64,000 nt of DNA, taken from Octopus sinensis. Taxonomy: Eukaryota. The notes beneath the pieces are model-generated. The model did no database searches, had not been told where the DNA came from, and was given only the letters and a program-made list of their open reading frames with translations. The stretch is taken from positions 37,076,001 to 37,140,000 of the forward strand of contig NC_043003.1 of NCBI RefSeq assembly GCF_006345805.1. The letters are read 5' to 3'. The number at the start of each line of letters is the position of its first letter. Within the stretch, counting starts at the first letter, position 1. Shown one piece after another: positions 38,458 through 51,885 of this stretch. Position numbers and translations under genes: made by a program.

Positions 38458-38897
38458 GTAATTAACAATAATAGTTCTTGATTTAGTCTTATGACCTCTA
38501 ATTTTGGGAAGAGAAAATTAGTCGATTCCATCGCCCTCAAGACTTTATTAGTACTTTATTTTATCTTCTCCAAATTGGTGAAAGTTTAAGTTGACGTCGG
38601 TGATGCTTGAACTTGCAACGTAAAGAGCCAGCACAAATACCGTCTCCCATTATTTTTTTGTGACATTCTAATGACACTTACTTAGGCACTGCCCATGTCA
38701 GTAGTTTCTACTTTAATTTTACAGGGGAGGACATTAACTGAACGGTATTTCAACGGTACTTTATTTCATCGACCCCGGAGTGATGAACTACAATGCTGAC
38801 CTGGGCGGTATTTGAACTCAGAAGGTGAACAGCCGGAATAATTATCTTGAGGTGTTCTGCCTACTTGCTGCCCACCTTATTGTGGTAGTATTAGTAT

Positions 38898-38966
<69 letters not shown>

Positions 38967-39054
38967 CAGTTCTACGTTATTGTATAGAATGTTTTGTATA
39001 AAGCCAAACAACTATAAGTTCATATATACATATATATATATATGTAAATATATG

Positions 39055-39113
<59 letters not shown>

Positions 39114-39425
39114 ATAAATCGTTATAGATAATGTAATTTATTAAGTTATTTCCTTCCTTCTCATAAGAATTTTAATCGTATTACGCGTATAAGGTTTCTT
39201 TGTATATTAATGTGTATACGTTTTTACGTCTATCGGTAGGAGTGTGCATATATGTTAGTATATATATATATACACACATATATACATGTGCTTATCTAAC
39301 TATCAGTATAATATATAGACAGATAGATAAATAGATTGATAACAATAAACAGATATATATAAAGTATATGAAATTATTATATGCGTATATGTAGATGTAT
39401 GTATGTATGCATGTATGTGCACACG

Positions 39426-39489
<64 letters not shown>

Positions 39490-39531
39490 TATATTATATA
39501 TATATATTATATATATATATATTATATATAT

Positions 39532-39604
<73 letters not shown>

Positions 39605-40698
39605 AAATATGTATGTATGCGCCTAATATACGTATGCCTAATATTTCTGAAATCTATATAATTACATCTGTATAATTTCATCAAGCTTTAACTTTAAAAT
39701 TAAAATTGTTGATAGACAATGTAAACCAATTTTGAAATATCTAAAACTCTGACATTAACACAAGATATATTTTCATTGATTAATTATATTAAATTTTTGA
39801 ATTATCAGAAAATTTCCATTTTCATTTATTATTATTTTTTTTTTTTTTTTTGACGTCTATTTATTGTTGTAAGAAGAAATAACGTTTCTAAATCCATATA
39901 ATTCTTGGTGTTATAGTGCTGCAATTTTATGTAGGTGCAAGTGAAGTTGTGTGGTAACAAGTTTTCTTGCAGGCCAAATGGTTCCCGGTTCAATCCCAGT
40001 GCGTGGAACATCGGAGAAGTGTTTATTTGTAGCCTCAGGCTGACCAGAGCCTTGTGAATGAATTTGTTATGTAGAAATGAAAGAAGTCTGTCATATATAT
40101 AACATATATATGTGAATGTGTGTGTGTTTGTGTGTGTCTGAGTGTATGTGTAGGAATATATGTAAATGTGCACATATATACATACATAATATATATGTAT
40201 ATATATATACCTATACACAGATATATATGTTGGTGTTGAGTTTGTCACTTCACCACCGCTTGGGAATCGGTGTTGGCTTCTTTACGTCCCCGTAACCTTG
40301 CGGCTCGATAAAAGCGATCGATAGAATAATTACCAAGCTTTAAAAAGGCGGTACTGCGGTCATGATGTAGTACTACCTTCTTCAAAGACTGAAACAAGTG
40401 TAAGATAAGATATACTATAATCTAAAGATTTTTGTCGTATCATAGTTGTAATCTTTAGTTATCTACTGTTACATAATCTACATCCGAGAAAAGTACATTT
40501 TGTTGAGAATATGAAGACGGTGGTTCTCAGTGTGCTTCACTCAGCTGCTATTTAGGATGTAACAATTGCAACGATGAAGATTCTATGCAAACATACATGT
40601 GCATACAGGATAGAATAGTGTATTCGACATGCACAAACAAGTCACACGGAAGACCGTCTAATTAAAATCAATTAAAAAGCAATTTTAACAAATTTATA

Positions 40699-41085
40699 GG
40701 CGTAGGAGTGGCTGTGTGGTAAGTAGCTTGCTTACCAACCACATGGTTCCGAGTTCAGTCCCACTTCGTGGCACCTTGGGCAAGTGTCTTCAACTATAGC
40801 CTCGGGCCGACCAAAGCCTTCTGAGAGGATTTGATAGACGGAAACTGAAAGAAGCCCGTCGTATATAAGTATACATATGTGTGTGTGTATATGTTTGTGT
40901 GTCTGTGTCTGTCCCCCCCCCAACATAGCTTGACAACCAATGGTGTTGTGTTTACATTCCCGTAACTTAGGGAAAAGAGACCGATAGAATAAGTACTAGG
41001 CTTACAAAGATTTGGTAGACTAAAGGTGGTGCTCCAGCATGGCCACAGTCAAATGACTAAAACAAGTAAAAGATTAAAAGAGTAA
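40699..41085 (+). mobile_element. SINE family B, full length
   Basis: GGCGTAGGAGTGGCTGTGTGGTAAG head, GAGTTCAGTCCC box, CTTGGGCAAGTGTCTT core, internal TA/TG microsatellite, (GTAAAAGA)-type tail. Confidence 0.88.
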
Positions 41086-41089
41086 AGCA

Positions 41090-42430
41090 GATTATGAGCT
41101 AACGCAAAACACTAAGAAAACTCAGGTCGAGGAACCTGGTCTATCTCCCCTCCGACAAAAAGTAAAGAATTGTGTGTCAACCCACAGAGCATATACAACA
41201 ACCTAGTTTTTCAATACCTCAGCAAAAACAGAATCTACACAAAGGTCACTGAAGTTACTGCGTCTCTACTGCAGGAGCTGATCAACATCTGCAATCGAAG
41301 CAAACTTCCAACGAAAGTCAAAAAGAACTTCATCTATTACAAGTCAGCCCTTTTCATCAGAACTAAGACCGGCAACACACAAAACAAGATGCAGATACAC
41401 AGGTTTCACAGTTCCTCAAGAACTTTGTATGAACAGATACCCAGCGTCCGCTACAAACACCCTACAAGCCAAGTAAACGTAGCAGTTAGAACCTCTCTAC
41501 AACATGCTTCCTGAGGAACCCCACTTTACCTTTCCCGTCCGTAAGGCCCTCCATAGGGAAGGCCACGACATCCTGCTAGCACATTCAGGGCCGTTCCTGT
41601 GTAGATACCTATCAATGAGGAACAAAGGCCCTACACACTGGCAAAATGTCCTATCCGTGGCATGAGCAAATGTTTGCGACCATACATGGTGTACCAGATA
41701 CGGTGTTCCATATGCGGTGACCATCACATTACTAGTTCAGTACAATTATTTCACACCCGACAGAAGAGACACCTGAATACCACCGCATCTTCCGTCCACA
41801 GGCACTTGATTAAATGCGGCAACACCAGCAAAGAGGTAGACGCTTATATACTGGTAACGGAGAGGAATACAGGAAATCTCTGGATCGAGGAATCCTTACT
41901 GATTCACCGACTTAAAACGCGAAGATCAATAGTCGATCAGAGTTACCGACCGCCCCCTACATCGCGGTGACAATCACCAGCATCATCATTACGACGGTTC
42001 TGTGCCTACCAACACTATATTCGCCGTCGCTACAGCTTCCACCACCACCGTTTCCTACCGCGATAAGGAATGTTGTTCTAGGCAGCCACCACCTTGTCAA
42101 CGACTACTACAAGGACATATACCACCAGTGCTATCACCATCACCAACAACATCAACGTAGACAACACCGAATATTACCACGGCATTTACCGCCACTGTTG
42201 CCAACCTACAGCCAATCTTCAACACCGACAACAACGCCATTTGGAGAGCTGCCCCTACTAGCACAAACACCGGACTAAAACGGAGTCACTGCGCATCCGG
42301 CTATCCGATTGACAGGATCCACGTAGACACACATTTTTAGTTGTACTCTTCTGAAGATGGGCCTCTGCGCTCGAAATATATGAAGGTTTTTCAACTTTCA
42401 TCTCTGCATTGTTAAAAGCTTTCTTCATTT
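41090..42430 (+). mobile_element. Penelope-like element, 3' portion (GIY-YIG plus pLTR)
   Basis: MVYQIRCSICGDHHI..HTRQKRHL..SSVHRHL..NLWIEESLLI at 41662-41970; hammerhead-like motif at the 3' end. Confidence 0.8.
42347..42386 (+). ncRNA. Degenerate minimal type I hammerhead in the PLE pLTR
   Basis: CTGAAGA-T-GGGC..GCTC-GAAA, palindromic ATATAT stem III, stem I TCTT/AAGG. Position 17 is G, which is non-permissive. Confidence 0.6.
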
Positions 42431-42485
42431 CATTTATTATTTCACTTCTCTACAGCAATGTTTCAAACGAACTACAACGCTAATT

Positions 42486-42537
<52 letters not shown>

Positions 42538-42543
42538 GTCTCT

Positions 42544-42624
<81 letters not shown>

Positions 42625-43117
42625 TACGTATAGGTGGTTATGCATAGTTCTGTATTTATAAGAATAAGAATATGTACATAAATGTTACTCTATTCGGACG
42701 GGTAATTGGTGTAGAACAAAAGGACATGTCACAAAAAAAAAGGATTTCAGCACACATTCTTTTTCAGTAAATGAAATTGGGAAAAAGGGCAGTATTCATG
42801 GCTTTCGAATATCAATGATATTGATGCTATTTAATTCATGCTTCTCGTGCACTTTTTAAAGTCAACATCTGCAGGAAAGATATGAACAGGGACTGAGTTT
42901 TAGAGGCTGGACGATCGTAAATAACACACTCTCCAAGCTGTAATGAGTACTCACTTTTTCCGTAGAATTTGAATGCGTATGCGTGTGGATATGTGTATCT
43001 GTGTCTGTGTCTGTGTATGGGTATGTGTGCGTGCGTGTGCGTGGGTGTATGTATTTGCATGTATGTGTGTGCATGTGTGTGTGTGGGTGTGTTTGTCTTT
43101 ATATATGCTTACATACG

Positions 43118-43500
43118 TGGCAGAAACGTAAGCACGCCGGGCGAAATGCGTACCCGTATTTCGTCTGCCGCTACGTTCTGAGATAAATTAAGTACCAGTT
43201 ACGCACTGAGGTCGATGTAATCGTTTTAATCCGTTTATCTGTTCTTGTTTGTCCCCTCTGTGTTTAGCCCCAATGTAGGTAGTAAAGAAATAGAAATAGG
43301 TATTTCGTCTGCGGTTACGTTCTGAGTTCAAATTCCGCCGAGGTCGACTTTACCCTTTCATCCCTTCGGGGTCGATAAATTAAGTACCAGTTACGCACTG
43401 GGGTCGATATAATCGACTTAATCCGTGTATCTGTCCTTGTTTGTCCCCTTTGTGTTTAGCCTCTTGTGGGTAGTAAAGAAGTAGGTATTTCGTCTGTGGT
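43118..43500 (+). mobile_element. SINE family A multimer
   Basis: Head, two bodies and the start of a third unit, each joined as AAAGAA(A/G)TAG|GTATTTCGTC. Confidence 0.88.
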
Positions 43501-44799
43501 TATACTTACATATAAATTACAGTCAAGCATTAATTGACAAATCACTCACTACCTTAAAATGGAATACCATGTATGTTGCATTTTAATAATGAAAATGTTG
43601 AAAGTGAATAAACTAGCTTGTTTTAGTGCATCTACTTTCAAAACACATTGTTCACCGACAGATGCATGAAAAGTGTAAGAAAACCCTTTAAAAAAAATAT
43701 GGTAGCTTAATCTAATCAGAAACTTATGTTACTGTCAGTATATTCCGTGTAAAATGTACACGTACAAATGTGTGTGTGTGTGTATACAGTGTACGGTTAC
43801 GTTATTGGTAGGATCGTAGGATCAACAAGAAAAGTGTCTAGTGAGAAATAAATATCATTAAATATACACACGATTTAAATGTCAGCTACTATAAGTTTCA
43901 TACTCGGATTGTACAATAACCAAGCAAGGATTTAAAGCGTGACATATCCTGCAATGGTGGTGGATCAAAATAAACATGTCCGATTATTGTACAATCTGCG
44001 TATGTAAACATATAGTAACACGCATTTAAATCCTGTATGTGTGTGTATATATATACACCGACAGTGATACATGTATACATTCATATATACAGGCGTACAT
44101 ATATATCTGTGCTAGTGTACCTATGTGTCTACGTCCATATAACACTGAGAAGTAGGGAGAAATTGTTCGTGGATGTTTAACTGTTTTTACACGGGTATAT
44201 ACGCATGTTGAAACATTTTGCGAAATATGTTCTTGGTATTACATTGTGTTGAGATCTTTTTTTATATATGATTTATAATAAGAGATACATATATATTATA
44301 AACCAGACCGTTCGTTTTAGTCATTAAAATAGCTTTTCACAGTAATTCTTTATTCCTTTTTTGTCTTTCCATTATTTTCTCTATATTTCCATGCCTCATC
44401 TTTTAAAAAGCTTGAAAAAAAAAAAACGTCGGAAGTTTAACGTGGAATAATTTCAAAAGCAAGAAATCCGGTTTTAGGTTTTATGGTACGGATCCTTTCG
44501 CCGAAGATTAACTTAACTATAGATGTAAGGTCTAAAATGGTAAATAATTGATGCAAGGACGAACATTCATCTCTTTTTGCCTGCTGCTGTCATATTAGCC
44601 ATTGATGAGATACTCCACACCAAATCAGTAGTAACACTGACGATGTATTTCGCTGACATATACTTATTTATTTATGTGATTAGTATTTCCTCTCTTTCTT
44701 TAACTTATCTCTGGCACAGTGGAATCTCATATATGCCTTTGTGTGTATGCATGTACGTATATTTAACATATGTTCACATAATAGCGTTGTGTATGTATA

Positions 44800-44856
44800 T
44801 ATATATATACGCAAATACATACATACATACATAATACATACATACACACATATCTA

Positions 44857-44887
<31 letters not shown>

Positions 44888-44896
44888 GCATGTATG

Positions 44897-44948
<52 letters not shown>

Positions 44949-45474
44949 GTATGTATATGTATATTATATATATATATATATTATATATATATATATATTT
45001 GTGTGTGTGTGTGTAAATGTATGAATATATATATAGGTATATATGTATATATGTATTTACGTATATGTATATATATGTATATATATGTATGCATGTGTAT
45101 ATATATGTATGTATATGTATATTATATATATATATATTATATATATATATAATATATATATATATATGTATGTATATATATATGTATGTATATGTATATA
45201 TATGTGTGTGTATATATGAAATAATGAATCCATAAAGATAAATATTTTATTTCACCTGACAGCGAAATGGATATGAAGTTTGCAGAACTCACTTTTATGG
45301 GGAAAAGCCACTTATATATATATATATAATATATATATATATAGAGAGAGAGTAGAGAGAGAGAGAAGAGAGATTCATATATTTATACACACACACAGAC
45401 ACACACATATATATGTATGTATCTATGTATGATCCATGTATGTATGCATATGTATATAAATAATATATATATAT

Positions 45475-45524
<50 letters not shown>

Positions 45525-45525
45525 G
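44800..45525. repeat. Long imperfect (TA)n/(TATG)n microsatellite field
   Basis: Directly visible. Confidence 0.95.
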
Positions 45526-46173
45526 GTGACACTATGATTCGACGTGTATTTTGGTTCTTGTTCTATTCCACCCCACAAAATTGCAGTTAATCAGTATTTT
45601 AAAAAATATTTGATTTGTGTTGGTAAATTATATATCGAAGAAATTTATTACACGAAGATATTTTTAACTTGAATGCGTTCTGTCCGTTGTCTTTAAACAT
45701 TAATATCGCAAAAACGAAGTTGTTCTCTGGTAACACGCGCCTTTATAGTAATAGCAATTTTCTTTTGGTTTTTAAGCCAGTCTCAAAGTGAGATCATTTT
45801 TTTCTATCTCTTAATACATTGTAAGTGAGAATCTCATTAAATTTCGTTTTACGTTAAACATTTCGACTATGTTTATCGCATAACACATTCCCTTTTCTTC
45901 TGTTTTCGTAAACATCACGAACTCTCACCCTTTTTCGTAGCAAATTTTTTTTTTTTTCTCACTGCTCCTTCTACGACCTTTTGAACTATCTTTATAGATA
46001 GTACTATCGAAATAACTGTACCTCACTTTCTTTCTAAACTTCCCGCTTAACGTTTGTTCTAAATTGTATACTTTCTAAGTCCTTCATTAACCTTTATTTT
46101 ATATTGTACTTTGTTTCGCATTGTTTTCTACGCGCCCCGTTTCTTTATTTTCCCCTATAACACGATCTTTGTA

Positions 46174-46225
<52 letters not shown>

Positions 46226-46565
46226 TTCTCTCCCTCTCTTGAATTATGCTTGCACTGAGGAGTGAAAAGTGCCTAAAACTGCACCGATTACGAAATCACA
46301 GTGCGATATGCAGCTACATTCTGTTTTTAAATGACCTGCTTCGAGACTTGGTTTCGGTACGATATGTTTATTTCTTTTAGTAGTTTTGGCTTTAAGAGTC
46401 CCTCCTAGCGTGTGGAATCTATGTGTAATAGTGCCCTCTATATAATATAAATAAATAAATTTAAGGAAAGAAATTGATGGTTTTTTCCCTATGAGGTTTT
46501 TCACGCCAACTACTTGATAAATTCTATGAAGATTTTATTCTATTTTCAAATTATATTATATATAT

Positions 46566-46596
<31 letters not shown>

Positions 46597-46598
46597 TA

Positions 46599-47083
46599 CT
46601 AGCAGTATCGCCCAGCGTTGCTCGGATTTTAAGGGAAATAACTATATAAGCATTTTTAGAGAGTTACTTCCTTAGCCATTTCTGTTTTCGTGTCTTCAAG
46701 CCATGAAGTCGTTGTTCTAAAAGAACGCTGGTCTCCTTGACAATGCTTTACGACGTTGATTTCCTTACACTCCCTTCCCCACAGCTTCACGAGGGAGGGA
46801 AGAAGGGGAAAAGCAGCACAAGTGCAGCTGTGAGCGTGGACGCCAACTCGCCGCCATCGACACACGAAAATTATGCATTAAAATGGAATAAAAAATGATG
46901 TTAAATTATTTTTAAAATCGTAGACTCATCGTAGACGCGCGCTAATAGCCAGACGGACTCGATATGAATCACGACTATAAGATACCCGAATTTGGTTAAA
47001 CTGCACCGCAAAATGTGGGAGTAGTTAGGAATCTAAATCGAAGGGGACAGACACTCACACAACTACAGTTTTATATATATAGA
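46599..47083 (-). mobile_element. Complete non-autonomous Helitron
   Basis: Plus strand A|CTAG..CCCAGCGTTGCTCGG hairpin ... TTTTATATATATAGA|T; same termini as 10292-10684. Confidence 0.85.
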
Positions 47084-47087
47084 TATA

Positions 47088-47455
47088 GGTGCAGGAGTGG
47101 CTGTGTGGTAGCTTGCTAACCAGCCACATGGTTCCGGGTTCAGTCCCACTGCGTGGCATCTTGGGCAAGTGTCTCCTGCTATAGCCCCGGGCCGACCAAT
47201 GCCTTGTGAGTGGATTTGGTAGACGGAAACTGAAAGAAGCCTGTCGTATATATGTATATATATATATGTATGTGTGTGTGTTTGTGTGTCTGTGTTTGTC
47301 CCCCTAGCATTGCTTGACAACCGATGTTGGTGTGTTTACGTCCCCGTCACTTAGCGGTTCGGCAAAACAGACCGATAGAATAAGTACTAGGCTTACAAGA
47401 ATAAGTCCCGGGGTCGATTTGCTCGACTAAAGGCGGTGCTCCAGACTGAAACAAG

Positions 47456-47458
<3 letters not shown>
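47088..47458 (+). mobile_element. SINE family B
   Basis: Homologous to 40699-41085. Confidence 0.88.
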
Positions 47459-47527
<69 letters not shown>

Positions 47528-47572
47528 GTATATATCAATAGCTAGGCAAAATATAATACTATAAAGGAATAT

Positions 47573-47645
<73 letters not shown>

Positions 47646-47710
47646 GTATATATATGTATATATATGTATATATATGTATATATATATGTATATATATGCA
47701 TGTATATATC

Positions 47711-47754
<44 letters not shown>

Positions 47755-47851
47755 GTATGTATATATATATATATATGTATGTACATATATATGTATGTAT
47801 ATATAATATATAGACAAACGTATATATGTATACACATACACATGCATGTAT

Positions 47852-47880
<29 letters not shown>

Positions 47881-47883
<3 letters not shown>

Positions 47884-48237
47884 AGCTAGGGTGTTAAAAA
47901 TACCTACATTGCTAGAAATACGAGCTAAAATGCTCTAATGCTGTAGTTAACGCACATAGATGAAAACAAATACACTAGCAGTCACCATAGTTGTCCGGAA
48001 AATGCCGACCAAGAAGTTTTAAGACTGGCGCGTCAGTTTCGGCAATTTCCGTTGCCATCTTCAGTGAAGCTAGCTTAATGTTCGGCTATTTCTGCACCTG
48101 TTTCTCTATTAGCATATATGTTTTCCTCATCCGAATTAGTCAGTCTATGTTTTCATTCGTGTGCGTTAGCTACAGCATTTGGAGCATTTTAGCTATTATT
48201 TCTAGCAATGTAGATGTTTTTTAACACTCTAGTTACA
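47881..48237. mobile_element. ~357-bp element with ~85-bp imperfect inverted arms enclosing a hammerhead (probable inverted PLE pLTR)
   Basis: TAGGGTGTTAAAAA..CTACATTGCTAGAAAT..GCTAAAATGCTC..ATGAAAAC is mirrored at 48150-48237. No clear TSD. Confidence 0.8.
48018..48069 (-). ncRNA. Type I hammerhead ribozyme, core intact, stem I eroded
   Basis: Minus strand CTTCA-CTGAAGA-T-GGCAA(cggaaa)TTGCC-GAAA-CTG(acgcgc)CAG-T-C-TTAAA. GUC triplet; stem I has only 3 of 5 pairs. Confidence 0.75.
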
Positions 48238-49259
48238 TTCAGTGACAATTATAATTCTCCGTTTTCGTGAAACATTACAACCTACAGTTTACATTATATG
48301 TGTGTGTGTGTGTGTATTTGTTGTCGTTTACTGCATTAATTTTGACGGTATTGTTATTGACGTTGTTGTCATTTTAACGGCTGTGGGAGTATAGATGTGC
48401 TGGTTGACGAGATAAACCTGTCAGCTCGAGACCTTGTCACTATGGACATTGCCAACACCTCACTATTCAGTGATTTCATATAAATTATTCAAGACCCGAT
48501 ATTCTTGTGAGCTGTCACTTCTTTCAACGAGCAGCGATTACATATATTTCTGTTTTGATGCATGTACGTATATATATATACGTACCTGAATGTATCAGTG
48601 TCTGCGTGTGCGTGCGTGCATGTGTGTTCCGTGTGTGTGTGTGTGTAGTGGAAATATGAAACAACACTCCAGTATAAAGGTTTACTTCTTACGTACGTTT
48701 CACTATTACGTTATGTGAAGCTCAGCATTGCATGTTCCAAATTCATTTGGATTACCGAACCACAATGGATCATCAAGGAAGTATTTTATTGCATTTTGCT
48801 ACAGAAATCTAATTTACTGATGTTTATCTTAATTTTCCACTACATGTGTTCTGTATATAGTAACTAACATCACTACTACGTATAATACTCGACAAAGCAT
48901 TGAAAGCTGACTGGAAAATAATAGTCTCTGTGTGGAGCTGTAAATTATGCTCCATACTCATACATCTAACTGTACACACACGAAGTGTATGTATGTATAC
49001 GTGTGTGCGTGTGCATGTGTGTGTATGCATACATACGAACATACCTATATAGAGAGATAGGGGGAAAGTGGGATAGATATAGAGGGAGATGTGTGTTTGT
49101 GTGTGTATGTATGTATGTATGTATGTATGCATGTATGTATGCATGTATGTATGTATGCATGCATGTATGTATGTATATGAGCATACCTATATAGATAGAC
49201 AGAAAGAGAGAGGGAGAAACAGATAGACACATACATACATACATACATACATACATACA

Positions 49260-49290
<31 letters not shown>

Positions 49291-50499
49291 TTTTACATTT
49301 ACAACCGAATGCTTGCAAGAGAGGGAACTCCGCTAATGATATATCTAAGCGCCAAGTAGAATGGTAGCCAAAGTATGAAAAGCAATGCTGACCTTCGCGG
49401 GATTTGAACTCGGCACACACTACAAATACGGCCAAGTATTCTAGCCAACACTTTAACAATTCTGCCAATTTTCTGCCTTCAATTTAAATAATAAAGTTGA
49501 CAATACCCAAGTCTATATTTTAAGGAAGGGCAAATGTGGAGAGATAAATACGCATGGCGTGTATTCCTCCGCAGCATATATTTTCTGTTTCGGTAAAACA
49601 AGAGTATCGCGAATCTTGTATCACGTAAGGAGGTGGACAGAGAAGGTCAGGGCAACAGTTTCTCAAGTAAGCTATTTATGAGGCATTGATCAGTATTCCA
49701 CACTGCCATTTACGATCTCTAAAAGCAACAAGGCATCAACGAAGGAACCTCTACATTAGTCATGAGCAAACTGCACCCCGCGGGAATTTCTGAATGGCAC
49801 ACCTAACGAAAAATTATCTTGGATTTTGTTTTAGTAGAGCGGTTCTCTTGATGATAAGCCATATCTCATGCGGCCCGCTTCTCGAAAAAGATTGCGCATG
49901 CCTGCTCTCTACAATCGCTCGATCTACAGAAGATCGCGGCCAACTCCCTCCTTCAAATCACATCTTAATTGTCTTAAACAAAAGAAGAAATATACATCCA
50001 ATGAGATGGTCATGACTGGAATATCTTTACTCGTACGTTTTCTCAGCAAAGGCTGACCTGGGGCTATGCAGCAACAAAATATAAAATTGTTCATAACAAC
50101 AATTTTAACACAAATTGTCCCGAATTTATTGATAGAATTTCGATCCTGTTTCCAAATATTATTGGCTATATCTTGAAAATTGATTTTAAAATGTCGTTAT
50201 ATCTCATTATGGAGACGATATTTATATGTTATGTAATTAATGTAAATTCATTCACACAAAAAAACAAAGAAGAGAGAAAACAATCTAAAATACTTTATTT
50301 TAGACTGAATTAAACATCATTGTTGTTTATAAATATTTATGCGTGGGATTTTTACGTAACCCATGATTTTTGAACGGTCACAATAATTTTGCTTTAAACT
50401 TGATTCAATCTCTGTAAGTTTGTTATCATTCCAACTATCATTTATCTCACTATCATTATTATAATGTATATTATTATCATCATTACCTACATTGTCATT

Positions 50500-50507
50500 A
50501 TCATGTT

Positions 50508-50550
<43 letters not shown>

Positions 50551-50575
50551 GGTGGTGGTGGTGGTGGTGGTGGTG

Positions 50576-50617
<42 letters not shown>

Positions 50618-50725
50618 TCATCATCATCATCATCTTCGCCAACATCATCTTCATCATCATCTTCTTCATCATCATCTTCTTCATCATCATCATCTTCATC
50701 ATCATCATCTACCTCGTCACCATCG
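50500..50725. repeat. Compound trinucleotide microsatellite (TAG)n(TGG)n(CAT)n
   Basis: Directly visible; explains the poly-amino-acid ORFs. Confidence 0.95.
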
Positions 50726-51290
50726 TCATTATTATGTTAATTTTGACACCAATCTGGAGGCAAAAATAAAAACAACCACATCGGTTTTGTCTAGCCGCTC
50801 GAAGTTGCAAGAGAGTGTTTTTTTTTTTAATTTTATAGCTCGGTCGTTTTTTTGTTGTGCATTGTTGGACATAATTGCAGAATGGCGAAAGCAATGTTTA
50901 CATTACCGAATCGAGAATATATAATTATATTCAACATAGACTTATATACTGGAAGTATTACCTACGTAGGAAGTGTAGTAAATCGTCTGAAGAGACCTCA
51001 ATTTAATAACAGTTAATAATAATATCTTTTATTAGGCACAAGGGCCCATGACGTCAGACATATAACCATTGATATCGTACTGTAATTTTTCATTAATTAC
51101 TATCATTAATATTGTTCATAGTATTATTTATGTCATAGTATTATTCATTACCATTGTTGTTGTTGTTGTTGTTGTTGTTGCTGTTGTTTTCTATTTCATC
51201 CGCAAAACGCCTCTGCGAATTGCTCCTAAGTTTTGTATGTTCTAAGTGTGTTTAAAAGTCTACTGTTAAACGTTTTTTTCTATTTTGTTG

Positions 51291-51567
51291 TTAATCTGTC
51301 CAGGATCCTGAGGAGGTGGAAGCTTCGATTTGTTTTGGCCCCGTGGAACGGAATTTGTTAAATTTTCCACGAATTTTAATAATTCTTTTTATGAAACTGG
51401 AAACAAAGATGCCGTAGCAAATGGAGGATATGGACGGCTGTTTTTGGAAGAGTGAATGCAAAAAAAAAGAATTTTCCATAACTTTCTCTCGCTGTTCTTA
51501 TTGTGAACTCAACAATGTAGTTGTAAACGGCATAACAGAAGCCAAAACAACACCACCACCGCCACCA
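51291..51567 (-). pseudogene. Possible degenerate terminal exon of a rhodopsin-class GPCR (TM6-TM7-helix 8-tail)
   Basis: Acceptor CTCTCCCATGTCACAG, then VAVVVLFWLL-(frameshift)-MPFTTTLL..*..SISSICYGIFVSSFIKRII..stop. Needs one frameshift and one stop to be repaired. Confidence 0.35.
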
Positions 51568-51619
51568 CTGTGACATGGGAGAGTTACAGCAACAACTATT
51601 ACACAGGGATAACGATGAT

Positions 51620-51885
51620 GATAACAGTGGTGGTAGTGGCGGCGGTAGTGGTGGTGGTGGTGGTGGTGGTGGTGGCGCCGGCGGCGGTCGTGGTGGTGGT
51701 GGTGATGGTGGTGGCAGTCGTGGTGGTGGTTGTCATCGTCGTCGTCGTCGTCGTCGTGGTAGTGATGGCGACGATGACGTGTATAACAACGATGGCGATA
51801 ATAGTGACAATGGTAATGATGATGATGAAGATGATGATAGTGATGATCACAACGGCAAATGATTATGATCATGATAATGATGATA
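51620..51885. repeat. (GGT)n/(CGT)n/(GAT)n low-complexity tract
   Basis: Directly visible. Confidence 0.9.
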
